From the NCBI GenBank assembly GCA_964016885.1, contig OZ024747.1, forward strand, positions 45,632,001-45,696,000: 64,000 bases of DNA, in the 5' to 3' direction. The DNA is from Eledone cirrhosa. Lineage: Eukaryota. Made by a program: the position numbers and the translations under genes. Positions 40,511-54,556 of this stretch are shown piece by piece. Position 1 is the first letter of the stretch. Each line of letters starts with the position of its first letter. The notes beneath the pieces are model-generated. The model saw nothing but the letters and a program-made list of their open reading frames with translations, searched no databases and was not told the DNA's origin.

Positions 40511-42125
40511 CAGTGCCCCGCAAAAGTTTACAACACATTAGGAAAAGTGTGGTTTTAGGTATTTTTAATAAAGTTAGGGTAATGAAAATTTAACTACTGA
40601 TAGAACATATAATTAGGCATTTAATGATACAATCATATTTAAAAAAAATAACAAGGAAATAACTCATTAAGAAAAATCAATATTTTTATAACGCAAAAGT
40701 TTACAACACATTTATTAAATCATCTCTTAATATTTCGTAGCGTAACCTTTGTTGCTAATTATAGCCTGTAGGCGTTTGGAGTAGCCTCCTACAAACTTCT
40801 TGCATGTTTCTTGGCTAATATTTTTCCATTCTTCACAACAAATTTTCTTTAGTTCAGGGATATTTTGGGGTTTCCTTTTTTGAATTCTGAGTTTCAGTTC
40901 TCTCCACAAATTTTCGATCGGGTTAAGATCTGGAGACTGACTTGGCCATTTGAGAACATTTATTCCATTCGTACTTAACCAAGATTGTGTTAGCTTTGCA
41001 GTATGCTTTGGATCGTTATCTTGTTGAAAAAACCAACCTGGCTTTAAGCTGAGAGAATGTGCACTTTGATATAAATTCCTTTGCAAAATACCTCTATAAT
41101 AAGCGCCACCCATTCTTCCTTCTATTATTTCAATATTTCCTACACCTGTGGCGCTAAAGCAACCCCAGACCATGATTGATCCACCTCCAAATTTTACAGT
41201 TGGAATAGTATTCTTCGGCGAATATTCAGTACCTTTCTTTCTCCAGACTTTTGCCACAGCATTTCGACCAAAAAGTTCAATTTTTGTTTCGTCCGACTAA
41301 AATACGTCTTCCCAAAATGACACAGGTTTGATGAGATGCTCATTTGCAAAGTTTAATCGACGAAGAACGTGTTTCCTCGCAACAAGTGGTGTTTTCCTTG
41401 GAGACCTCGAGAAGATATTATATCGACGAAGTGAACGACTAATTGTATCTGTGCTCACTTTTACTCCACTTTCTTCTAGGTCATCCTGAAGATTTTAAAG
41501 AGTACACCGGGGTTCGTTGCCAACCTTTCTCATCAATAACCGAGCTGCACGTTCCGTTATCTTTCTAGGACGACCAGAACTAATTAGAGAACAGATGGAA
41601 TGATGAGATTTCCACTGACGAATTATAGTACCAACTGAACTCAATGGCACATTTAACTGACAAGATATCTTTCTATAACCAACACCATTTGTATGAAGAT
41701 CTACAATGCGTTTACGGAGGTCTTGATCAATCAGTTTATTTTTCCTCATATTGTCAATGTTTACAGGACGGTTGTCAATGTTTACAGGATGGTTGTCAGA
41801 CAAATAATGACGTAATGTTTTTAATAGTCCTTAGAAGTTACCTTAAACCTAATCTAGAACATTCTACTGAATTTTAAATCTGAAATTTTAAGAATTTTCT
41901 TGAAAAAAAGCGATAAATATAAAATGTGTTGTAAACTTTTGCGTTATAAAAATATTGATTTTTCTTCATGAGTTATTTCCTTGTTATTTTTTAAAAAATA
42001 TGATTGTATCATTAAATGCCTCATTATATGTTCTATCAGTAGTTAAATTTTCATTACCCTAACTTTATTAAAAATACCTAAAACCGCATTTTTCCTAATG
42101 TGTTGTAAACTTTTGCGGGGCACTG
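40511..42125 (-). mobile_element. Full-length Tc1-family DNA transposon with IR/DR-type ~200-bp TIRs
   Basis: TIRs 40511-40713 and 41922-42125 start CAGTG and each contain two cgcaaaagtttacaacacatt direct repeats. Flanked by TA. Confidence 0.97.
40727..41749 (-). pseudogene. Tc1 DD34E transposase (340 codons, two in-frame stops)
   Basis: One frame runs from MRKNKL to YATKY*, with GRPRK, (W>*)SDETKIELFG, GGGSIMVWG and QQDND-34-PIE. Stops at 41495-41497 and 41297-41299. Confidence 0.95.
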
Positions 42126-42129
42126 TATA

Positions 42130-42185
<56 letters not shown>

Positions 42186-42321
42186 CAAAAGGGATATTCA
42201 ATTTGTTGGTAACTCAACAAATATAAATGTTTATAACTGATTAAAAGCACTCGACAAGTTTTCTGGAGTATAATATTCAATGATATTAGATAAATGGAAA
42301 CTATATTTATAAAACCATATT

Positions 42322-42382
42322 TATTCTATTATATATATTTCAAGGGTACCAAAACTTTGGTACGCTCTCATCAGATAAAATA
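42322..42382 (-). ncRNA. Type I hammerhead motif in the inverted terminal repeat of a PLE
   Basis: Reverse complement: tattttat-CTGATGA-gag c gtaccaa..ttggtac c ctt-GAAA-tatata-TA-atagaata. Palindromic stem III; AUA triplet. Confidence 0.8.
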
Positions 42383-42504
42383 CAAAGTTTGTTTTATAAA
42401 TATTGACATAACCAGGAAAGAATAACTTAACAGTTCAAGCTTTTCCTGGATAGTGAAGGAAAGAAGGGAAAGAGAAGAAAAGTCAAATATTTCAAATTAT
42501 TAAG

Positions 42505-43352
42505 ATGAGTATGCAAATGAGATATGTTACTTTAATTGAAAACCATAGCAATAGTGAAATTAATAGGAAAAAGAAATCCATAATACAATTTTTCAACAAC
42601 TACAACCTTAATTTAGAAATCGAGAATAATTACAAAATCGTTAACTTCTTAGATGTAACCTTAAACCTTAGCTCGGGTCTTTACTATCCATTCCATCAAA
42701 TTATCGAAATTCTAAATTACGGAAGTTTCAATTCTAATCATCCTAGAAATATAAAAAATACTATTGTCAATAGCGTCAAGCAACGGATTTCACGCATCTC
42801 TGCTAATAAAAATATGTTTGATGATAGGGCAGAATATTACAAAGAGGCTTTACATAGAGCAGGATACTCGAATAAAATTAAATACATAGATAACAATAAC
42901 ATGACAAATCCTCCTAGAATTCATTATAATAACAATAAACAATTCAACTTAAACACTAAATCAAACAACTAGAACTAGAAATATTATTTGGTACTCTCCA
43001 CCCCCCCCCCCCACCCTATTCTCATTAGGCGTCAAAACACCTTTAGCAAAGCTATTTTTTAAAGCACTAGATAAGTGTTTTCCTAAAACCCACAGATACC
43101 ACTCTATATTTAACAGACACACTATAAAACTATCCTACTCTACTACTATGAACATAGCACAAAATATAAATAGAATTAATAATAGAAACTTAAATTTAAA
43201 CCCTAACCAAACAAACTAAGATAGCAATAATAATATTTCTAACAACAACATTCATAATAATAGTACAGTTCCTAATAACAACAACTCCAGAAAATGTAAC
43301 TGTAGAATTAAATCAAACTGCCCTTTACAAAATAATTGCTTAGACAAAACCC
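42505..43352 (+). pseudogene. Penelope-like element RT C-terminus/thumb and Cys-rich linker (Neptune-type), 5'- and 3'-truncated
   Basis: NFLDVTLNL, SNHP, RIS..S, Y..AL..AGY, then RNIIWYSPP, FP..H.Y..IFNRHTIKLSYS and CNCR.KSNCPL..NC motifs typical of PLE ORFs upstream of GIY-YIG. Stops and a frameshift are present. Confidence 0.88.
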
Positions 43353-43606
43353 TTATGATTAAAATTCGGTATAAAGAAACAATTTAGTAGTCCATCCGAT
43401 GTATTATATCTGTAAGTCAAAATGGCATGGCCTGTCATACAGTGCAACACGTAGAATCTCTTGAAACTTAAGTAAAGGGTATACGGTTCCATTGACTAAT
43501 CAGCCATTAACATGTTAATTTCACAAGTACGGTACTTCTTTGTTTGATAAACTGGAACAGTCACCATCGAAATTACCAGAGCTCTATTTACAATATATAT
43601 ATATGT

Positions 43607-43679
<73 letters not shown>

Positions 43680-44402
43680 GTCTGTGTTGTCTGTGTTGTC
43701 TGTGTGTCTGTGTGTCTATGTGTATTTGTGTGCGCGTGTGTGTATTAAACTTAAGAACGCCGAATTGGAGCAACATTTATAGCAATAAATATCAATACGG
43801 CAAATCAATAGCTACTAATATATACATATAAACATACTGTTATACATGCATATATACATATGTGCACTAACACACACAGAGAACACACACATATATATAT
43901 ATATACATATAGATGCATATGCATATAAATATATAGGTATGCATACATACACATATATACATGTGTTTGTGTATGCATATCTGTTTGGGCGTATAATTAC
44001 ATGTTCACACAAATATGTATATACTGAAATACTCTGTAAGCATTGTAATATATAAATACGTCAAATTGTATGCGTTGGAAGTTGTTTATGTACAGAGTTA
44101 CACAAACACATGTACTGTCATATTCATATGCATACATGCACAATTTGTACATTATATTTGTTTGTGTGTGCATATAAGCAGTTATACATAGGAATCTATC
44201 GCAACGCTGGAAATAGCAACAGACAAGCTTGCCAAATTATAGAATTTCTGATCAAATATAGGGCAATAATATATATAGTAAGGTCATTTACAGGTCAGCT
44301 GAGGAGATGGGAGGAAAGTATATAAATAAATGTATTTTTGTGAGTAGATATGTACTATGTATATAGTTTAATCAAATGTACAATTTATAATGCATGATAG
44401 CG

Positions 44403-44495
44403 TCTTCTTCTTCTTCTTCTTCTTCTTCTTCTTCTTCTTCTTCTTCTTCTTCTTCTTCTTCTTCTTTTTCTTTTTCTTTTTCTTCTTCTTCTTCT
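44403..44495. repeat. (TTC)n microsatellite
   Basis: Direct reading. Confidence 0.95.
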
Positions 44496-45842
44496 TGCTT
44501 TTCGCATACAAGCTCACCTCTGCTGTGGGTTAATTTTATCATTCGACACCACAAGGTATCCGATCGAATGTAAACGACTGATGACTACCATTGCTTTAAA
44601 GTTGAAGGTTTCAGCTCACCTAAAAATCACTTTCGAACAAATGTTGGTGGGGATCAGCTGATACACGTAATGTATCATCAAATTGGCTGATCACTCAAGG
44701 ACCGTTACATGGGGTTGTAAAGGTCCCATTTCCCATACACATGCATGATATACAGCGTCTTCTGTCAACTACTGATAGCATTTTGGGATCATGTATGATA
44801 TTCAAGAAACTCTCAGAAAGCGACTTGCCTCAGTTTGCATTCCATAAGTTCAGTAAATCTCCAGGCCTATATTCACTCTAATTATTCCAATTTCGGATAT
44901 TCCGACGAGATGTTGTTGCTTTGGCGACTATAAAGTAGACATCCATGAGCAGCACGAGTTTAACCAGGCAAAAAAGAACAATTTTCGATTCACCTTTCTC
45001 AGATTGGGTTGTACAGATGCCCATACAGACAATGGATTCTGTTGCTGTCTTGGACGATAAGAACACGATTTTCTCTCACACATAGTCAGAACTCTGTGGC
45101 TCCAACGTATGTTTGCAAGGAACGTCAACTTGCCACTGCCACAATGCCATACAGAATATTAGATCTAATACAAAACGTGTCACATCCTCTTCACACAGGC
45201 TTGATCCCTAGAAAGGCCAAGGTATATCTGGTGCGAATAAAAAATAAAGCTAGGGATTATAGTAGTACCATGAGTTTCATCTGAAACCGAGGATTCTGAA
45301 AATGGCCAAGAACATTTCCTGTACAACCAGTTTATATCAGAGTAACATTTCTCCGGGGGTGTGATATTAAGATAGAAAAAGAATGCCGCATCACTAGAGG
45401 CATTGCACAAACACCTACCATTAAATCGAAGGTTTTACATCCCCGCAGAGAGTGTAGTTGAGTCCAAAGAGTGTTAATTAATCTGTTTAACAGGTGTTGA
45501 TTCTGCGCTAGTGGGTTTCTAACAACCCTCTACAAACCCAGTGAATGTGGCGGTTTAGACAACAGCGACACGATCATGTAACGGGTTCTATTGGATGACA
45601 TTCTACCCGCACCATTCACGCAGTTGTGTGTGTGCGCATTTCCAAAAGTCATCAGATTAGAGCAAACATCACGAGCCCTCTATCTCAAAATTATTTTTGA
45701 AAAGCATTAGAAATGCGCAACCGGTAAAAACTTAAAACTAAAACTGAATACTAACCAATACTTATTACTAATTTATACTTATTCCCAATTAAACTATTTT
45801 TCACTGGGAAAAATTTGACAGCATTTTCTTTTCCTTTTACTA

Positions 45843-45935
<93 letters not shown>

Positions 45936-45958
45936 TATATATATATATATATATATAT

Positions 45959-46455
45959 AATAAATGTAATCTGAGTTTTTCGAATATTAATAATAATATT
46001 CGATCCGTTTGCAATTATGCAAACAACCGCATTTTTAAAGCCATGTCAGTAGAATGAGCTCCCAATTCTTGCTATTGTGTTTGCATGTAAACAGAACTGC
46101 AGACACTAATGTACAGTTCAATGTTAATATTCAGATCTGACTGATTAGCCAGTCTGCTAAAATGCAAATCAGACCGATCTGTCACTGTATATTTTAGAAA
46201 ATATCATATATTTTCACTAGCTCTGATAGTTGGCAGGGGAACAGTGAACTGTACTGATAAAGGGTAATACCCAGAAGCATTAGTGTCTGCAGTTCTGTTT
46301 ACATGCCAGCACAAGAGCAAGATTGAAGAGCTCATTCTACTGACATGCCTTTAAAAATGAGGCTTGCTTGCATAATTACAAACGGATCGAGTATTATTAT
46401 TAATATTCGAAAAACTCAGATTACATTTATTGTATTCAGCCATGTAGAGCGAAAA
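45959..46455. mobile_element. Family C inverted-arm element in (TA)n
   Basis: ~150-bp arms 45959-46111 and 46278-46431. Confidence 0.8.
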
Positions 46456-46669
46456 TTATATATGCATATATAATTTTATATATATATATATATAACATAA
46501 CAGTCGATCGAAAAATCCCAGACTTCATTCGCTTAACGAGGGGGGTTAGGCACTTCTAATTGGACCAAGGAAACAAGGTTTCTATTGGTCTTTACAATTG
46601 CTAATACTATCTGCCGGTCGCAAATCAGGCAGAATATATATGTGTGTATATATATATATTTATATATTT

Positions 46670-46752
<83 letters not shown>

Positions 46753-46792
46753 TATATATGTGTGTGTGTGTGTATGTATATATATATATATA

Positions 46793-46984
46793 TAAGATAA
46801 CAGATTAAAGTTTAAGCAAAGTACCGCTGCTTTCACCCTTAACGGGATCTTCTGAAGAGTTTCAGAAGATCCCGTTAAGGGTTAAAGCAGCGATTCTTTG
46901 CTTAAACTTTAATCCGTTATTTTAATAAATATTTGCTCTACGGTTCTTATATATTTGGATTTTAGTCTTCAAATTTATTATTAT

Positions 46985-46988
<4 letters not shown>
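46793..46988. mobile_element. Family B head-to-head fold-back with two hammerhead-like motifs
   Basis: Short arm 46793-46856 is inverted against long arm 46858-46988. The junction lies at the 5' strand of stem I. Confidence 0.8.
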
Positions 46989-47875
<887 letters not shown>

Positions 47876-47895
47876 TATATATATATGAGTGTATA

Positions 47896-47938
<43 letters not shown>

Positions 47939-47953
47939 TTATGTATGTATATA

Positions 47954-48040
<87 letters not shown>

Positions 48041-48392
48041 ATGTATAATAAATATATCTAGAAGACACTGAGGCGTGGAAAAGGTTGGAAGGAGAAAAAG
48101 GGAAACGGCGGTGTGATGTCCTTCTTTGTCTGCTCGTTGGACCACAGTCCTTACTCTCCTCTGTATTTCTATATTTTTCTCAGTCGACTAAGCTCTTGCA
48201 TTCTCTATATTTGTGTAATTTGCCTAAAGGCATAACTTGTTACGGGCTGTTTTGTTTTGTTGCAATTTACACTAGAATAAATGGCATGGACCTTAATATG
48301 CCGAAACCGTAGTGATTTCCAGAGGGTGACTGAAGAGATGGGACTGTCTGTCTTTCCGTTGCTGTTTTTTTCCATTTTCTTTGTCCTGTGCG

Positions 48393-48429
<37 letters not shown>

Positions 48430-48442
48430 GTGTGTGTATATA

Positions 48443-48549
<107 letters not shown>

Positions 48550-50369
48550 TTGTGTGTATTTGTGTGTATGTGTGTCTGTGTGGTTAGTCTTTAAATATCC
48601 TTGCATGACATGTAATATCATAGTTCAACTCTTGTTTTGCTATTTTTTAAACTTTTATAACCATCACTAGATGATAAGGAATGATGTACAAGGCAAAATT
48701 AATTTGAATGAGCATCGTCTTTATCTATAATTATGCATGAACTGCAGATTTGGCCACATTAAAATCAATGTCTCCTCCTCTCCTTCTTCTTCAATAAACC
48801 AAGGAGACAATAACAAGTCTAGACTTCGGATTAAGTAATCGATCTGTTCTTGCTGATGTTTTCATCGAAAATACTTACTTTATTGATCAAAAATGAAAGG
48901 TGAAATGTCAAGCTAAGCAAGATCTGAACTCAGAAGCATGAAATATCGATGTTTTTTGTCTTATAAAAGATCTGGTTTGTGTGTCCTACTTTATATATTT
49001 ACATAATTTATATACACATGTTTAGAGTCTAGTGGCGGGTGTTGGTTTTAGCTCTTGATGGAATATATACATTTGTCTAAGATGCAAGGTTCAATATGTA
49101 GTTGAGCTATTTCACTTTGCATCTTTCTTACTACAACCATGTAAAACTATATTAATTGATTCCCAGATCTCTCTTATGAGAAAGGTGAACTCTCACATGA
49201 TCATATGGTCTGTTAGAAATAGAGATGATTCGTCCACGATCACACTCTAACATCTTAATTGAAGAATTAACACAATATGTGCATCAGGTGACATTTCACA
49301 CCGAATATGACATATCATAGAAGGCTAAAATGTCCCATGCTGATTCTTATCAAGAGAGCAAAGATATAATTGGGAATAGAAGACTGTTGCCAAAATGTGT
49401 TGTAAGCGATCATTAGTCAAGCGGACATTTCAGTTATAAGGATTACATTTGTTTCAATACATGGTGTACATCTGACTGATGTATCTGATTTGACTTTGTA
49501 AGATGGTGTTGTGTCATTAAAGGTATAATTGGCTGCTATGTCTACATCTACACAATCATATCGAGTCTCACTATGTTATACTGATGTAGTTGATGTCAAT
49601 AACATACTAAGTAACAATTTTCTAAATTTTCAATTCATATTTGACCAGGGGTTAGATCTTGCTTTTCGTAAATCTGAAGTCATTGAAATATGTGCCAGTA
49701 ATTACTGGAATCAAATTAAATCAACTATAACCTATCCATTGTAAAATATTGCTTCTTCTGCTTTGTCAAAAAAAAAGAAGAAAAATAACATGTTTATATT
49801 CTAACAGAATATAATACTGAAGCCATTATTTCTTTCAAAAGATGTTTTTTTTTTCATATTTTCAATTTTGACATACAGTTTTGACGTTTAAAATGTTTCA
49901 AACTAACAATACAATATAAAATATACGTCAGTTTTTCCTGCTATATATGTTTGAGTGTGCGTACGTATGTATTGAAGTACACATGATATAAATACAAACA
50001 CACACACACACACACACCACACCACACACATGTATAGGTGGGCGTGTGCGTATGCATTTTTGATAATATATACATATATAAATATAATATATATAAGATT
50101 GTGTTATTTGTTTGAAGTATTGTGTAAAGTGTAGAAAATAGGTTGTTTTATCATAACAATGTAAATGGGACTTTAAATGTTAAGAATAATGATAACAAAA
50201 GGGATGGAATTTTACTATGGAGTTGTTTTATTGTCCTCAATATTTCGGAATGAAATCCCTTCATCAAAAGAAGAATTCAGGAAGCTAATTCGGAGCAAGA
50301 TATCTTGTGTTGCTTCTATGCTGGCACTTTTGAAACTCAAAACTTTCTATAATATATATATATATATAT

Positions 50370-50420
50370 AAGTATGTATGTATACGTACATACATATATG
50401 TATACAGACGTACAGTAGCA

Positions 50421-50464
<44 letters not shown>

Positions 50465-50887
50465 TGCTACTGTACGTCTGTATACATATATGTATGTACG
50501 TATACACACATACTTACATTTAAGTAAGTGCCGTACTAAGAGTGAGAAATGAAATTTCGTTTTCATTTTATTACAACTTATCGTTTTCGGTACGCCTGGC
50601 CGAACTCACTCGATATGCAAATTAGGCTGCTCAGCCGTTAATTTTCATAAGGAAAGTATATACTTTCGAACGTTCAACCATCTGGCAGAAGGGTAAACGG
50701 TGCTGATGATAGCTAACAAGCTTGAAACTAGTACATCGTTCCTGTATCAGTGTTGAACAAAAAGGTGACGTGGTTGTCTTAACACCGTACGGCATAAATT
50801 CAGGCTGTTCAGTTTGTTTACAAACGAACAAAGCGGGCGTTATAATAAGCGTCCGCTAAACTAATACGTACATATATGTATGTGTAC

Positions 50888-50936
<49 letters not shown>

Positions 50937-51050
50937 TGCTACTGTACGTCTGTATACATATATGTATGTACGTATACATACATACTTACATTTAAGTAAG
51001 TGCCGTACTAAGAGTGAGAAATGAAATTTCGTTTTCATTTTATTACAACT

Positions 51051-51051
<1 letters not shown>
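50370..51051 (+). mobile_element. Retrozyme-like element: ~120-bp direct repeats around a hammerhead, plus an inverted 5' segment
   Basis: 50459-50580 = 50931-51051. 50370-50425 is the reverse complement of 50460-50516. A related fragment lies at ~24630-24685. Confidence 0.75.
50696..50740 (+). ncRNA. Minimal type I hammerhead ribozyme, intact core
   Basis: aacggtg-CTGATGA-t agct aaca agct t-GAAAC-ta-GTA-catcgtt. 7-bp stem I, palindromic actagt stem III, GUA triplet. Confidence 0.85.
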
Positions 51052-51088
<37 letters not shown>

Positions 51089-51147
51089 AAGAGAGAAAGA
51101 GAGAGAGAGGGAGAGGGGAAAGAGAGAGAGAGCTATATATATGAGTG

Positions 51148-51193
<46 letters not shown>

Positions 51194-51264
51194 AGTGTGA
51201 GTATATTAGGTATTAAATTAACAATGAAAATAAAAACAACAATGTCAAGTTACTTTTCCTATCA

Positions 51265-51388
51265 TTGTTTTACGATCGTTTCGGTGGGTCGATCATATTG
51301 GCATATTGTCTGACCTATATCAGTTATATAACTGTATACTATCAAACTTCATATATAGGTTCGATCAGGCCGTCTTTTTCGGAAACAA
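51265..51388 (-). ncRNA. Degenerate hammerhead-like motif
   Basis: Reverse complement: ttgttt-CCGAAAA-(long)-GAAAC-gatc-GTA-aaacaa. Stem I and the palindromic stem III are intact; the core is mutated. Confidence 0.4.
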
Positions 51389-51518
51389 CTAATGAATTAA
51401 CTCAGCGAAACACCGAACGTCTCTATGGATTTCACTGAATTACTTGTCAACGGATAACATTGAGTTCTATCTACGGTACGGACCCTACCACCAGAGGTAG
51501 ACCATACTGAGAAAAAAA

Positions 51519-51572
<54 letters not shown>

Positions 51573-51575
<3 letters not shown>

Positions 51576-51766
51576 AAAATGTTTATTCCCGACGGCAGAG
51601 CTCAAACCGTTTCGACGGCTACTTCTGGACTCATAAATAGCCGTCGAAACGGCTAGAGCTCTGCCGTCGGGGTTAAACATTTTCCTATTACCCACTCTAC
51701 TACCCTAAGTATTGAGTAGTCTGGTGCGTTATGGTCCATCTGGTTCCTTACAACGACTCCTTCGTT
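51573..51766. mobile_element. Family A asymmetric fold-back element in (TA)n
   Basis: Short inverted arm plus long arm with tail. The short arm preserves ATGA upstream of the putative stem II. Confidence 0.85.
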
Positions 51767-52725
51767 ATATATCTATATATATATATATATATATATTTAG
51801 TATCAGAAAATGAACACAGTCACATAAGACGAACAGACAACGGCACCTCTACCGTTATGCAATTTCACACATTAACGTGGCATTGCATTTATAATGGCAG
51901 TTCGTCAAACAGTTTGGTGAACTGCTCTGTTAGTAAGATGCGTGTGAGGTGTATAACAAAACGAAGAATGGACAAGAAATCTTATGGGTCTCCTTCAAAA
52001 AAAAAAACAAAAAAAAAACAGGGATAATCACTCAATAAATTACTAGAAATAACTAGACAACAGTCATTGCATGTAAAATGTATAACACGTTAACGTGGAA
52101 AAGACTCGAAAATGTTTAACTTTTACATTCGTCGGTAAAAAATAATGAAGTTTTTTTTTTGGGGGGGGGGGGGGGCATAAAGAGAAAATAAAGAAGAAAT
52201 AGAAGAGAAGAGAAGAGTCACGCGAATAAAAACATGACAGTTTATCGAGAGATGGTGCTATATTAACATTGTGCAAGTGTAAGTCTGTGAGAGAGTGTGT
52301 GTGTATGTGTGCGTGTGTGTGTGAATGTGTGTGTGTTTGTGTGTGAGTGTGTGTGTGTGGAGAGAGAGAGTGTGTGTGAGTGTGTGTGTGTGAATGTGTG
52401 TGTGTGAGTGTGAGTGTGAGTGTGTGTGTAGAGAGAGAGAGAGTGTGTGTGTGTGTGTGTGTGTGTGTGAGTGTGTGAGTGTGTGTGTGAATGTGTGCGT
52501 GTGTCTGTGTGTGTGAGTGTGTGTCAGTGTGCATGTGTGCGTGTCAGTGGGTGTATGGGTGTGTGTGTGTTTGTGTGTTTGTGTGTGTCAGTGTAGGTGT
52601 GTTTATGTGTAGCTGTATGCTCACAGAGAAAAGGAGATCCACAATCTAAATATAGGATTGAATACAGAGTATCTGATACATTTTATATTTAGAATACCAT
52701 CGAAGTTAATAGAGAAAAGAATTCT

Positions 52726-52757
<32 letters not shown>

Positions 52758-52788
52758 TGTATGTATGTATGTGTATGTATGTATATTT

Positions 52789-53400
52789 CAGGTCACCAGT
52801 TGGTGCTACTGGTAACATGTATCCCAGTACAACCTGTTTCATGGTCGGGTCGTTGGCGACTAAACTGGCAACCCCACCAACGTTTCTTGGTGAGGAGGGG
52901 GACTTTGGACATCCTGCAGGACTAAAAACAAAACCCGTCAAAGGCAAAGGAGCTCTTAAGAGTCAATGGCCATCCAAAATCACCGGGAGAGATGACCCCT
53001 TAGCCTTTGTCAAGGCAGAATTCTAGGAGAAGGAAAACTCTGATATAACACCTGCAACCCTGACGGTATCCAATGATGTTGACTTGTTCTTCTTTTTAGT
53101 AAATATCATCTTGGTTAAGAGAGTGGGACTGGCTTTGTGCAGTGCCTTTGCTCACTATAAAAGCTTCACAGCACAGGCATTGCTTTATATCTGGAGATCT
53201 CTCTGCACTTGTCGTCACATGGGCCCAGCACTATGTGTCAATAATTGTCACAAGTGTAGTGTTTGTGTCAGAGTTTTCAAGTCGCTGGCTGGACTAAAAA
53301 GTCACACTCGTTCAGCGCATCGGTAGGGGTTCTCCTACATGGATATAAAGTAGTGGCCGTACTCGAAAACGAGTTGGCAGCCACCATGTACGTATGTATG
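52789..53400 (+). mobile_element. ~600-bp non-autonomous RTE-derived retroelement
   Basis: RTE-like 5' UTR motifs (taaactggcaacccc; ctaggagaaggaaaactctga) joined to a C-terminal C2H2 finger CSVC..VFKSLAGLKSHTRSAH* and an (ATGT)n tail. Confidence 0.75.
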
Positions 53401-53986
53401 TGTGTGTATATATATATATATGTGTGTGTGTGCGTGCGCGCCTGTGTGTATGTGGGGGAAAATGTAGATGTGAAGAAAGGGAATGAGTTTAAAGTTAATT
53501 GCGTTGGAAATACAGTCGTTATACATTATAAACTGGAGGAACCAAGGACGAATGACATTTTAGTTTAAATTAAAAAGAAAATATGTTTTTAAAATCAAAT
53601 GGTAGTTGACTTAATCTACTACGTGAGATCACTTAAACTAGATTTTCAGTTCAACTGCGAATATACACAGTAATAAATTCGAAAAGAAATATTACATCTA
53701 AGTATGAAGGATTATTTTCAATTAATAATAAGAGAAAATTGTGGTTTCCTTAAAATCTGTCTGGCTTGTACACAAAAGAGAAACTGAAGGTGCCCGAATA
53801 GTAAATGAAGAGACCAGATTCTACAATTCTCAATGTCAATCATGGACAGAACTCAATACAATAACAGCGACTGGGATGGCTCTTCCAGCGCATCTACCTT
53901 ACCATCTTCTGGGGGAAAGCCTTCTCTTTATTCAGCTCGTCGCTGCAGCGGTGAGGCCAGCACGTGGGCCTCATTTGCTCATAAGA

Positions 53987-54155
53987 GTTGTTTCTACTTT
54001 TGGCACAAGGCCAGCAATTACCCAGTATATTACTAGTATTTTATTTTATCGAGCCTGTAAGGATGAAAGGCAAAGTTAACCTCGACGGGATTTGAACTCA
54101 GACCGCAAAGGGACGTAACTATGCTGGAAAGTATGGCGTCAGACCCTCTACCGAT
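53987..54155 (-). mobile_element. tRNA-derived SINE
   Basis: Same family core and tail. Confidence 0.9.
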
Positions 54156-54556
54156 AGTGAGAGATGGGGAAAACGGGAGAGACGGATGCAGTGGCAGTAG
54201 GAGTTTGTTCCTTTGTGTTCGGACCGGGTGTTTATGTATATATTTATTTACTACACCACACGTTACTAACTGCCAGCCTCCACATAAACAAAGATATATA
54301 AAAGAAATGCATTTATGAGTTTTCGCAATCTTCTGTATAAGAAAATAGCAATTTTATGGATGAATATAGAAGTCATTACGATGATGTTCCACCGATTTTC
54401 ATTTTGAATTCAAATCCCTCCCAGGTCCACTTTGCCATTCTTCATCTTTAGGCGGATAACGTAATATATCTGAGTCACTATAATCGATTTTCCCTGCCTA
54501 TGAATTGCTGGTCTTCTGCCTAAATTAGTAATCATTATTGGGATTTCGGACGCCAT

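Noticed and set aside
44600-45700. Possible degraded LINE on the minus strand
   Set aside because: Composition suggests a decayed retroelement, but I could not read a convincing RT motif. A translated search is needed.
48270-48315. ggcat/atgcc-GAAAC-c-GTA half hammerhead
   Set aside because: The upstream core is unrecognisable and there is only one copy, so it cannot be supported.
52791-52875. HDV-like ribozyme
   Set aside because: P2/P3/P4-like pieces and CTAA are present, but there is no room for the P1 3' strand. Kept only as an unspecified structured region.
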